Shown here piece by piece: positions 8,238-16,980 of a stretch of 32,000 nucleotides of DNA (position 1 is its first letter; each line of letters starts with the position of its first letter). The stretch spans positions 1 to 32,000 of the forward strand of contig CALWCA010000009.1 of the NCBI GenBank assembly GCA_944376235.1. The letters are read 5' to 3'. Origin of the DNA: an uncultured Clostridia bacterium. GTDB taxonomy: Bacteria; Bacillota; Clostridia; Oscillospirales; Feifaniaceae. The position numbers and the translations under genes are program-made. Below the pieces are notes generated by a model. It ran no database searches, was not told the origin of the DNA, and saw nothing but the letters and a program-made list of their open reading frames with translations.

Positions 8238-8348
8238 GAAAAATTGAGGAAGAAAAGAAAGAGCGCAGGACGGAAAGGTTTGAAAAGGGCAGCCGAAGCG
8301 AGGCTGTTTTTTTAAGCTGCTGCCGCACAGCGCCCTTTTGCACGAGCC

Positions 8349-10427
8349 TTATTCCAGAAGGCTCATTTCCGGGATGGGGGCATCGGTTTCCCCTTGCTTT
8401 CCGCCGAAATAGGCGTCGAGCATGGCTTTTGCAACGGGGGCAATCCCGTTTCCACTGCCAGCATGCTCCACCACTACAGTGATGGCAATTTCGGGCTCCT
8501 CATAGGGGGCAAAGCAGACAAAGACACCGTTTGCCGTGCCGGAGGAGACCGAGGCCGTGCCGGTTTTTCCAGCCACGGCAATGGGGTAGTTGCCAAAGAC
8601 GCCCGAGGCCGTTCCCACCTCGGACACGGCGCGCATCCCGGCCAAAACGGCGGCCAGATTGTCGGGGTCGATGTCAAGCTGCTCCACCACGACGGGCTCA
8701 GTCCGTTCGATCTTGGAGGTGTCGTGGTAGCTGCTCACGCCTTCGATGAGCGTGGGCTGGTAGCGCGTACCGCCGTTGGCGAGGGTGGCGATGTAGTTGC
8801 ACAACTGGATAGGGGTGAAGAGATGGTCGCTCTGGCCGATGGCGGCCTGGATGGTATCGCCGTCGTACCACCTTGCAGCGTTGGCCTCGCGCTCCTCGGG
8901 GCCGGCCACGACGCCAGAGGCCTCTCCGGCCAGTTCCACGCCGGTCTTTTGGCCCAGCCCGAAGGCGCGGCTCCAACTGACAAGGTCGTCAATCCCAAGC
9001 AGGCGGCCGACCTCGTAAAAATAGTAGTTGCAGGAGTTTTGCAGCGCCTCAACGACGGTCTGCGGGCCGTGCGTGGTGCCGTAGTCGGTATAGACCCAGC
9101 AGCGCGGCGTATAGGGAGCATAGTAGGTGTAAATGCCCTTGTCGACGATCACGGTGTCAATGTCGACCACGCCCTCCTCCAGTCCCGCAATGGCCGAAAC
9201 CATCTTGTAGGTCGAGCCCGGGGCATAGGTGCCCGACACCGCGCGGTTGAACAGAGGCTTGTCGGGGTCTGCCAGAAGCTTGCTGTAGTCGGACAGGAAG
9301 GTGGAGAGATCATAGGTGGGATAGGAGGCCATGGCCAGGATTTTTCCGGTGTTGACCTCAATGGCTACGGCGGCGCCGACATTGGCATCGGCGCCGCGAC
9401 GGTCGGCGCGGGAGGCGCCGGCCGCTGCAATGGAGGTAATGGTGCTCTCCAGCGCGGTTTCAGCCGCCTGCTGCACCGCGCTGTCAATTGACAAAATCAC
9501 ATTGCGCCCCGCCTGAGGCTCCTTGGAGGAGATGACCTCGACGGTTTTGCCGTATAAAGTCTGCTCCACGCGCTTTTCGCCCGCTACGCCGCGCAGGACC
9601 GACTCCATGCTTTTTTCGATGCCGTCGAGCCCTACAGTGTCCGAGAGCTGGTATCCCTGCTCGAGATACTGCTCGGCATCGGCCTTGTAGATGGGCCCGG
9701 TGCGTCCGAGGATATGGCTGGCAAGGGTGGTGGTGTATTCGCGCACCGGGACCACCTCAACCTCCACGCCCTGAAAAAACTCCTGGCGCTCCTTGATGGC
9801 GGTGACGGTGGCAACGTCGACCGATTCGGCCATGGTGAAGCGGGTGAGGCTAGAAAAATCGCTGAGCTCCATCTCGTAGCGCACACCGGCCAACAGGCGC
9901 TGCTCCTGAGCAGAGTATGCCTCAAGGGAATAATCTTCAATCAGCCGATCCATGATTTGCTGGGCAGTGGCATTCTCGGGGAGCTCTTTTTTCTCAAGCA
10001 GCCGGGCCAGGCGGGTGGCCTGGGTGGTGGAGTCGGGAGCGTCTTCGAGAATGGAGACCGGAGCTTCCGAGAGCGGAAGCGAGTCCACAAAGGCGAGCTG
10101 TTCGTCTTGCAGGATGTCAAGCAGGGCGAGCAGAATTTCGTTGGTGCGCTCTTCGGGCAGCAGGTAGCCGTCGAGCTGAACCGAAAAGGCCATGCGGTTG
10201 ACCACCAGAGCCCGCCCGTAGCGATCGTAGATGCCGCCGCGCGGCGCCGCCACGGTGACGGTGCGGTAGACCCGCCGCTCGCTTTGCTCGCGGTAGCTCT
10301 CTCCGTTGACAACCTGCAGATTGGCAAGCCGTCCGGCAAAGAGCAGGGCAAGAAAAACCGCAAGGGCCCCAAGCAGGACATAGCGGCTTTTGTGCTGTTC
10401 ATAAAGCTTTGCGTCGCGACGATTCAT
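8349..10427 (-). CDS. mrdA: Penicillin-binding protein 2 (class B transpeptidase, elongation-type)
   Basis: SxxK (GSTYK), SxN (NSCN) and KTG (GKTGTA) motifs plus an N-terminal TM anchor. It lies immediately downstream of mreCD. ATG 10427 is preceded by GGAG at a 6-nt spacing. Confidence 0.9.
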   Translation of the reverse strand: MNRRDAKLYEQHKSRYVLLGALAVFLALLFAGRLANLQVVNGESYREQSERRVYRTVTVAAPRGGIYDRYGRALVVNRMAFSVQLDGYLLPEERTNEILLALLDILQDEQLAFVDSLPLSEAPVSILEDAPDSTTQATRLARLLEKKELPENATAQQIMDRLIEDYSLEAYSAQEQRLLAGVRYEMELSDFSSLTRFTMAESVDVATVTAIKERQEFFQGVEVEVVPVREYTTTLASHILGRTGPIYKADAEQYLEQGYQLSDTVGLDGIEKSMESVLRGVAGEKRVEQTLYGKTVEVISSKEPQAGRNVILSIDSAVQQAAETALESTITSIAAAGASRADRRGADANVGAAVAIEVNTGKILAMASYPTYDLSTFLSDYSKLLADPDKPLFNRAVSGTYAPGSTYKMVSAIAGLEEGVVDIDTVIVDKGIYTYYAPYTPRCWVYTDYGTTHGPQTVVEALQNSCNYYFYEVGRLLGIDDLVSWSRAFGLGQKTGVELAGEASGVVAGPEEREANAARWYDGDTIQAAIGQSDHLFTPIQLCNYIATLANGGTRYQPTLIEGVSSYHDTSKIERTEPVVVEQLDIDPDNLAAVLAGMRAVSEVGTASGVFGNYPIAVAGKTGTASVSSGTANGVFVCFAPYEEPEIAITVVVEHAGSGNGIAPVAKAMLDAYFGGKQGETDAPIPEMSLLE

Positions 10428-10430
10428 GGG

Positions 10431-10958
10431 CTACTCCGTTGTGCGCTGGCCGCCGAAGGTGAGGTTCACGCGGCGGGCGACATAGTACAGGGGTGGAAGA
10501 TACAGCAGCGAGACAAGTGCAGTGGTGGTATAAACTTCGGCTACCCGGAAAAAGCCTGAGAGCTGCGCTGTGATCAGCAGACGCAGCAAAAGGTCTCCGA
10601 CAATCAGGGCGGCATAAGAGGCAAGGTAGAGCACAAGGGCACAGGAAAAGCCGGGCAGCATGAAGGTTCTGCACACAAAGCCCGACAGGGCTCCGACCAG
10701 CAGCAGCGACAGGGCCGCCGCGCCCGAATTTGCGCTGACGGTGGCGTCCAGCGCAAGTCCCAGGAAGAGGCCGAACAGGCCGCCCGTCACCTCCCCCTCA
10801 AATACGGCCACGCACACCACGGCAGCCACCGTCATAACGGGGGTGGTTTGGAGGACTTTCCAGCCCGACAGCAGGGTGGTCTGCAGCAAAAAGACGGCAA
10901 GCCCCAGCGCGCCGTAGGCGCCAATCACATTGAGACGGCTTTTTTCAATGAGAATCAT
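10431..10958 (-). CDS. mreD: Rod shape-determining protein MreD
   Basis: 175-aa polytopic membrane protein directly after mreC, with an ATGA start/stop overlap and AGGAGGAGG upstream. Confidence 0.8.
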   Translation of the reverse strand: MILIEKSRLNVIGAYGALGLAVFLLQTTLLSGWKVLQTTPVMTVAAVVCVAVFEGEVTGGLFGLFLGLALDATVSANSGAAALSLLLVGALSGFVCRTFMLPGFSCALVLYLASYAALIVGDLLLRLLITAQLSGFFRVAEVYTTTALVSLLYLPPLYYVARRVNLTFGGQRTTE

Positions 10959-11833
10959 GAGGCCTCCTCCTGTGTGCCGTCGTCCGGTTGCACGGGGGTG
11001 GGCTCCCCTTCCTCAAAGGCCTTGATGATCATGCAGTAGCGGATGTTGGTGAAGTCCACGGCGGGGCTGAGCACGGCATACGAGGAGATGTTGTGCTGCT
11101 CTGGCAGCACCTCCTGCACCGTGCCAATCACAATGCCGGAGGGAAACACGCCGCCAAGGCCTGAGGTCTCCACCGTATCGCCCACGGCGGCGGAGGACTC
11201 GCTGGGCAGGTAGTTGACGCGGCACAGCCCCTCTTCCCGCAGCTCGGAATCGCCCTCCAGCAGCCCCAGATCCCGCGTGCGGGAGACGACGGCGCCGATG
11301 GGGGTCAGCTCGTCAAGAATGGATGTGACCTTGGAATAGGTCAGCCCCACCTCGGTGACGATACCGGCCAGGCCGTCGGGCGTGATGACGGCGTCGTAAC
11401 GCTTGATGCCGTCCACGCTGCCCTTGTCGACCGTGAAGGTATAAAAAAGATTGTCCGGGTCGCGTGCGATGACCTGGGCGAATTCATATTCAAAGGGGCG
11501 CTGCGTCTCGATCACACCGGCAAATTCCCGCAGGCTCTCGTTTTCCTGCTTATAGCGGTCAAAGTCGCGCAGCTTTTGCTCAAGCTCGAGCACCTGCTCC
11601 TTGAGCTGCGCGTTTTCCTCCTGCAGCTCGTCGTAGCGCGTGAAATAGGCGAGCTTGTCGGACACAAAGTAGGCGATGCTGCTCACGCCCTTTTGAAGCG
11701 GCGTGAGCACCACGCCGAAGATGCTGGAAATCGGGCCGGTCGTGCCGCGCTGGCCTGCGGCGTAAATCGAGACCAGCAGGCAAAGGGCAATGGCGGCGAC
11801 GGCCAGAAAGAAACGGCGGTTGCGCGGGTTCAA
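10955..11833 (-). CDS. mreC: Rod shape-determining protein MreC
   Basis: N-terminal TM, a coiled-coil (ENAQLKEQVLELEQKLRDF) and C-terminal beta domains (GLAGIVTEV, GGVFPSGIVIGTV). The start is taken as TTG 11833 downstream of AAAGGAGGG. The track ORF extends 38 aa further upstream without support. Confidence 0.88.
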   Translation of the reverse strand: MNPRNRRFFLAVAAIALCLLVSIYAAGQRGTTGPISSIFGVVLTPLQKGVSSIAYFVSDKLAYFTRYDELQEENAQLKEQVLELEQKLRDFDRYKQENESLREFAGVIETQRPFEYEFAQVIARDPDNLFYTFTVDKGSVDGIKRYDAVITPDGLAGIVTEVGLTYSKVTSILDELTPIGAVVSRTRDLGLLEGDSELREEGLCRVNYLPSESSAAVGDTVETSGLGGVFPSGIVIGTVQEVLPEQHNISSYAVLSPAVDFTNIRYCMIIKAFEEGEPTPVQPDDGTQEEAS

Positions 11834-11979
11834 GGCAAAGGGCCCTCCTTTCTTCGGGGCAGAGGAGAAAGGCGCCGCCCGCCGGCTTCCAAGGCAAGGG
11901 AAAGGGAGCGGGCTGGAGCAGAGGTGGAAAGAAAGGTGTGCGCACAAAAAGCGGCGCGTCCGGGAGGCTGGCGCAAGGC

Positions 11980-12561
11980 TTACAAAAGCCAGATGTCAAA
12001 ATGCTGCCGGAGCAGCTCCGAGAGACGGCACAGGGGCAGCCCCATCACGGCGAAATAATCGCCCTCAATGGAGCGGATCATGGTGGCGGCACGGCCCTGG
12101 ATGCCGTAGCCGCCCGCCTTGTCAAAGGGCTCGCCCGAGGCGATGTAGCGGTCGATTTCCTCCGGTTCGAGCGCGCGGAAGGTCACACGGGAAGAGACCA
12201 CGTCGCTGAAGACCTCGCCACGGCAGCACACGGCAATGCCGGTGTGCACGGTGTGTGTCTTGTCCGAGAGCGCCGTGAGCATCTCCCTTGCCTGCGCCTC
12301 GTCTTTTGGCTTTCCCATCATCACGCCGTCGAGCTCGACCACGGTGTCGGCGCCGATCACGATGGAAAGCGGGTATTCCTGTGCCACGGCCTGCGCCTTG
12401 GCCACCGAGAGCACGGCGGCCTGTGCGCGCGGCATGCTCATCTGATAGCAGCTTTCATCGAGGTCTGCGGGGACGATTTCCAGTTCGCAGGGCAGTTCCA
12501 GCCCGCGCAGCAGCGCCTCACGGCGCGGGGATTTGCTGGCAAGTACAATTCTTGTTTTCAA
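11980..12561 (-). CDS. maf: Maf-like nucleoside triphosphate pyrophosphatase (septum formation protein Maf)
   Basis: IVLASKSPRR, IGADTVV and KAGGYGIQ motifs. The start is ambiguous. TTG 12561 has GGAGG 7 nt upstream and a TTGA overlap with the upstream stop. ATG 12567 lies only 2 nt after the SD. Confidence 0.88.
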   Translation of the reverse strand: MKTRIVLASKSPRREALLRGLELPCELEIVPADLDESCYQMSMPRAQAAVLSVAKAQAVAQEYPLSIVIGADTVVELDGVMMGKPKDEAQAREMLTALSDKTHTVHTGIAVCCRGEVFSDVVSSRVTFRALEPEEIDRYIASGEPFDKAGGYGIQGRAATMIRSIEGDYFAVMGLPLCRLSELLRQHFDIWLL

Positions 12562-12827
12562 AACCATTTCCTCCAAGCGTAAAATGAAAGGGCAAGGCCC
12601 AAAATGATGGCGATGCTCAGGTGAAACGAGAGGCCAAAGGTCAGCTTGACCACGGCCAGATCAACGGTAAAGGGGGTGGGGGAGCCAATGCCGAAGCTGC
12701 TGCCGTAGGACAGCCAGGACAGGCCCTTGACGCCCTTTGTCAGCTCCGAGACAAAGGAGCCCAAAATAACGCCCGAGAGCAGCAGCAGGATGCCTGTCAG
12801 CCCCTGGGACTTTCCTCTAGAGGCCAT
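12558..12827 (-). CDS. DUF4321-family small membrane protein
   Basis: 89 aa with two hydrophobic segments and the usual position upstream of maf in Clostridia. ATG 12827 is preceded by AAGGAGGGG at a 6-nt spacing. Confidence 0.7.
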   Translation of the reverse strand: MASRGKSQGLTGILLLLSGVILGSFVSELTKGVKGLSWLSYGSSFGIGSPTPFTVDLAVVKLTFGLSFHLSIAIILGLALSFYAWRKWF

Positions 12828-13290
12828 GGGAATCCCCTCCTTGCAGGCGTCCGATTCCGGTTGAGCCAAACCCGCCCTCGCCGCGCCGGGTGGGCTCGAG
12901 AGCCTGTGCCACGGTGGGCAGGGCGCGGCAGACCGGGAGCAGGGCAAGCTGAGCGATACGGTCGCCGGCGCGAATTGTCACGGCGCTCTCCCCCAGGTTG
13001 AGCAGGGCAACGCACAGCTCCCCCCGGTAGTCACTGTCAATGACGCCCACGCCGTTGGCCAGACAGAGCCCCTGTTTTAAGGCAAGCCCGCTGCGGGCAA
13101 AAATCAGGCCGACGTGTTCTTCGGGGACGGCTACCGCCAGCCCCGTGGGCACGACAGCGCGCCGGCCCGGCTCAAGTGAAAAGCAGACGCCGGGCGCCGC
13201 GCACAAATCCATGGCGGCCGCGCCGGGCGTGGCATATTGGGGCAGCGATGCCCCCTGCGCCAGAGGCAGGCAAGGCAAAACACATTCCAT
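12817..13290 (-). CDS. dut: dUTP diphosphatase
   Basis: AAMDL, ARSGLA, GVIDSDYRGE, GDRIAQL and GGFGSTG motifs. ATG 13290 is preceded by AAAGGAGGA at a 5-nt spacing. The 74 aa upstream in the track ORF are pyrimidine-rich read-through. Confidence 0.92.
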   Translation of the reverse strand: MECVLPCLPLAQGASLPQYATPGAAAMDLCAAPGVCFSLEPGRRAVVPTGLAVAVPEEHVGLIFARSGLALKQGLCLANGVGVIDSDYRGELCVALLNLGESAVTIRAGDRIAQLALLPVCRALPTVAQALEPTRRGEGGFGSTGIGRLQGGDSHGL

Positions 13291-13560
13291 AAAAGTCCTC
13301 CTTTGCAAAAACGGTGCAAGAGACAAAAAGCGACAGTGCGGCAAAAAGGCTCTGCCGCAAAAGAGAAACGGGGATGGGAGAGTATTTTGCGGGCAAAGAC
13401 GCCCGTCACCCCTTTTGCCTCCCTGCATTTCGCCGACACAGGGGAAACCGGTGCCCGGCAAGAAGGAAAGCAAAGGGAAAACCAAACCGAAAAATACGAA
13501 GGGAAGAGACATGGGGGCTGCTTCTAAAAGAGCCTGCCATGCTTTCTCTGTTTGACGCTT

Positions 13561-15654
13561 TTACAGAACGCCCCTGGTATAGAGGCCTCTTGTGAAGTCG
13601 GCCAGTTTTGCGTCCCCCTCTCCGAAATAGGCGTCAATCACTTGGGCGCACCGGGCGGTATCCTCGGTGGTAAAAAGCAAAGACGCAAAGTGGACGCGAA
13701 GCGAGTGAAACTCCTGCCTGTCAGCCAGGTAGAGGGTTTTGGCGTTGCACAGCACGGTGCGGCAGCTGTCGCCGTCACGCAGCAGGGGCATGGTCTCGCC
13801 CATCCGGTCGGTCAGCCCGGCGGGAAGGCGGCAGCGCCCCGTGCAGCCGAACTCATTTGCCGCAGGGCAGTTTTCGCTCAGCATGAGGGGCAGCCTTCCG
13901 TAGGCCAGCAGGCCCACGGGCAGGCACTTGTGCAAATCCCGGATCTGGGGGAAGGAGAGCTCGCAGCTCGCCGTCACGGCGCTCAGCCCCAGCTCCTTCA
14001 TGGCGGCCACGGCCTGCGAGTTGTAGACATTCAGACCGATGTCGCCCACCGGGGCAAGCCCCGCCTCCAGGCAGAGCGACAGATGGCCCAGGTTGTAAAT
14101 GAGGGCCCTTTTTGCGCCTGCCTGCCGGGCTGCCGCAAGGCGGGCCGACAAAAGAGCAAAATCCTTGTCGCGCGCGCCCTTGGGGATGACGGCGCCCAGG
14201 GCAAAGCCCGCAGTGCGCAGGGCGGAAATTTCTGTTTGACGCGTTTCAAACTCGTGAAGCGGGACAAAGCAGCAGTCGGCGCGCACGGCGTTGTCGGGCA
14301 CCTGGCCGACGCTTTGGAAGATACACAAAAGCTCGCGCTTTGTAACGGGCAGCGCAGGGGGCAGAGAGGGTGCCTCCCCCACCCAGGGAATCTCGTGCGA
14401 CGGGGCGGGGAGCTGCTCTAAGGCGCTGCGGCGCAGGGCGTTGAGAGCCGAGAGCGGCAGCATGAGCCCAGGCGCGATGTCGCAGCAGATGCTTCTCGCC
14501 TCAAAGCCGGTGCCCCCCGTTTTGGAGAGGGCACGCCGGGCATCCTCCTTCGCAAGGGGCCGTGTGCGCGCCGCTTCTGGAACGGGGCCCTCCGCCGTGA
14601 CCGAAACGCCGCCGCACAGAGCGGTCAGGCGGGCGGGCCGGCCCTCCTGCACCGACAGCGAAAAATCGACCGGGCGGGCAGCCGGCGCAGCCGCCGGAGT
14701 CCACTTGTCCACGCAGGCTCTCTCAAAGGCAAGGGCAGATTCGTATTTTTCGGGCACGCGTTCGTCGCGCATGCCGAACATGTCGCGGCCGGTGCGCCCT
14801 TCGTAATACCAGTCAGTAAACCCGGCGCGGGAAAAGAGCGTGCCCACCCGCTCCACCTCGCGGCGGGTCGGGGCGCGGCCCTCATCGAGCAGCGTCCGGT
14901 AAAGCCGGGTGACGCCCGACACATACTCCGGGCGCTTCATGCGCCCTTCGATCTTGACGCAGCCGATGCCCATGCGCTGCATGTCCTGCAGCTTTGCGGC
15001 AAGGCAGGAGTCCTTTAAGGAGAGCATGTGGCGAGGCTGCCCGCCGCCCATGGAATAGGGCAGGCGGCAGGGCCCGGCGCACTTTCCCCGGTTGGCACTG
15101 CGCCGGCCCACGACGGCCGAGAGGTAGCACTGGCCCGACACGCTGTAGCACAGGGCGCCATGGCAAAAGGCCTCCACTTCGAGCGGGGCGTCCTTGCACA
15201 GCGCGCGAAGCTCCTTTCCCGAGAGCTCGCGGCCTGCCACGGCGCGGGTACAGCCAAGACGCCGCATGCACTCCATGGCCGGCAGCGAGTTGGCGGCGGC
15301 CTGCGTCGAGGCAATCACGGGGAGCTCGGGCGCAAGGCTTTGGAGCATGCGCATGAGCCCCGTGTCCTGCACGATGACGGCGTCGACCCCCAGCTCGCAC
15401 AGCTCTTTGAGATAGGCAGTTACGGCAGGCAGCTCAAGGTCGCTGACAAGCGTGTTGACCGTGACATAGCTGCGCACGCCGTTTTGCCGGCAGAAGGCGA
15501 TGGCGCGCGCCATATCCTCCCCTTCGAAATTCTGGGCAAAGTGGCGGGCGTTGAAGCCGCCGCCGCCAAAATACACGGCGTCGGCCCCTGAAGCAACGGC
15601 GGCGCGTAGTGCCTGCGGCGAGCCGGCCGGAGAGAGGATTTCCATGGCAGGCAT
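13561..15654 (-). CDS. Peptidase U32-family protein (long form, collagenase-like / possible RNA hydroxylase family)
   Basis: MEILSPAGSPQALRAAVASGADAVYFGG followed by a TIM-barrel-like region typical of U32, with Cys-rich segments (GKCAGPCR, CTGRCR). Its start overlaps the zapA stop (TGATG). ATG 15645 is an alternative start. Confidence 0.85.
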   Translation of the reverse strand: MPAMEILSPAGSPQALRAAVASGADAVYFGGGGFNARHFAQNFEGEDMARAIAFCRQNGVRSYVTVNTLVSDLELPAVTAYLKELCELGVDAVIVQDTGLMRMLQSLAPELPVIASTQAAANSLPAMECMRRLGCTRAVAGRELSGKELRALCKDAPLEVEAFCHGALCYSVSGQCYLSAVVGRRSANRGKCAGPCRLPYSMGGGQPRHMLSLKDSCLAAKLQDMQRMGIGCVKIEGRMKRPEYVSGVTRLYRTLLDEGRAPTRREVERVGTLFSRAGFTDWYYEGRTGRDMFGMRDERVPEKYESALAFERACVDKWTPAAAPAARPVDFSLSVQEGRPARLTALCGGVSVTAEGPVPEAARTRPLAKEDARRALSKTGGTGFEARSICCDIAPGLMLPLSALNALRRSALEQLPAPSHEIPWVGEAPSLPPALPVTKRELLCIFQSVGQVPDNAVRADCCFVPLHEFETRQTEISALRTAGFALGAVIPKGARDKDFALLSARLAAARQAGAKRALIYNLGHLSLCLEAGLAPVGDIGLNVYNSQAVAAMKELGLSAVTASCELSFPQIRDLHKCLPVGLLAYGRLPLMLSENCPAANEFGCTGRCRLPAGLTDRMGETMPLLRDGDSCRTVLCNAKTLYLADRQEFHSLRVHFASLLFTTEDTARCAQVIDAYFGEGDAKLADFTRGLYTRGVL

Positions 15655-15953
15655 CAGCCCCGTTCCCGGCGCAGCTCATCGAGCTCGGCGCGCAGTTTAT
15701 TCATATCCTCCAGATAGGTGCGAAGCTGCCCTCTCAGATTGTCTGCCGTCTCCTCGGCGCGCCGCTTGCCGTCGGCAAACTGGATGGCGGCGTAAATGGC
15801 GGCCATGGTCACGGAGGCGCGGGGGTTTTTGTCAAGCAGCTCCCGCATGGCGGCGTCCACCATGGAGGCGACCTGCTCCACCTCCGTGCGGCCGGCGTCG
15901 GTCATCACGCTGTAGGGCGTGCCCATGATTTTGATGGTGTAACGTTCGTTCAT
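15654..15953 (-). CDS. zapA: Cell division protein ZapA
   Basis: 99 aa, YTIKIMGTPYSVMTD... followed by a C-terminal coiled-coil. ATG 15953 is preceded by GGGAGGAA at a 7-nt spacing. Confidence 0.8.
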   Translation of the reverse strand: MNERYTIKIMGTPYSVMTDAGRTEVEQVASMVDAAMRELLDKNPRASVTMAAIYAAIQFADGKRRAEETADNLRGQLRTYLEDMNKLRAELDELRRERG

Positions 15954-16059
15954 CGTGTTGTTCCTCCCCGGGGTATTTTCCCCTGTGTGCGGCACAAGGT
16001 GCCGCAAATCTATTTGTCAGACGAAGATGAATCTGGGTATTTGACGGCGCGGCCCCTTT

Positions 16060-16869
16060 TTACAGGGCGTGCAGCACGGGGCGGCGCTGCTCATAGGTGG
16101 CATAGCGCGTAAAACCGGCCTCTTTGAGCACCTCCTGGGTTTCGGACAGGAAGGAGCCGACGTTTTGCTCGTTGTGGCCGTCGCTGCCGATGGTCACAAG
16201 CTGTCCGCCAAGCTCCCGGAAACGCCGCAGCAGGGGAAGCGAGGGCACCGGCTCTCCCAGTGAGCGAAAGCCCGAGGTGTTGGCCTCAAGCGCCTTGTCC
16301 CGCCGCGCGATTTCGCGCAGCACCTCGTCCACCAGATCGAGGCAGTGGTCAAAGCTCAGCCGGCGCTGCGCGTGAATCATGGCGTAGCGAAGCGGCAGGG
16401 AAAGGTGGCCAAAGGAGTCGAAGTCGGCCTCGCGGGCAAGCTCCAGGCATTCCTCCATATAGGCGGTCAGGTAGTCGTCAAGGTTTTCCTGCGTGTAGTC
16501 GAAAAAGTAGGCGTCAAAGCCCTTGATGGTGTGCAGCGAACAGATGACAAAGTCGAGCGGCAGGGCGTCGCGCCCGCGCATGGCATGCTCGGGATCCTGC
16601 GTCCAGTTGCCGATTTCAAGGCCCAGCCGCAGGCTGATCAGGTGGCCCGTCTCCCTCTGCGCCGCCTCAAAGCGCTCAAGGTAGCGCGCGGCGTCGAAGG
16701 GCTTTTTGCGAAGCTGCCAGTCCAGACAGGGCGAGCCGCACTCCCAGTGCTCGGTCACACACATCTCCTGCACCCCCTTTTGGGCGGCGGCCTGCGCCAA
16801 ATCCACAAGGTCGGTACGCGAGTCGGGAGAGATGTCGCTGTGACAGTGAAAGTCGGACAGATACGCCAT
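16060..16869 (-). CDS. PHP-domain phosphoesterase, histidinol-phosphatase (HisJ) family
   Basis: DFHCHSDISPD N-terminal metal motif, plus TEH, SLH, GHL and GSDGH motifs. ATG 16869 is preceded by GAAGGAGG at an 8-nt spacing. Confidence 0.85.
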   Translation of the reverse strand: MAYLSDFHCHSDISPDSRTDLVDLAQAAAQKGVQEMCVTEHWECGSPCLDWQLRKKPFDAARYLERFEAAQRETGHLISLRLGLEIGNWTQDPEHAMRGRDALPLDFVICSLHTIKGFDAYFFDYTQENLDDYLTAYMEECLELAREADFDSFGHLSLPLRYAMIHAQRRLSFDHCLDLVDEVLREIARRDKALEANTSGFRSLGEPVPSLPLLRRFRELGGQLVTIGSDGHNEQNVGSFLSETQEVLKEAGFTRYATYEQRRPVLHAL

Positions 16870-16980
16870 GGAAACGGCCTCCTTCAAAGTTTACACGGTT
16901 GCAATACAACGGGCGAGAGGGACACGGGACCTTTTTGCCGCCCGATGCGCAAAGCCCCCAAAGAGGGTTAAGCCTTTGTC

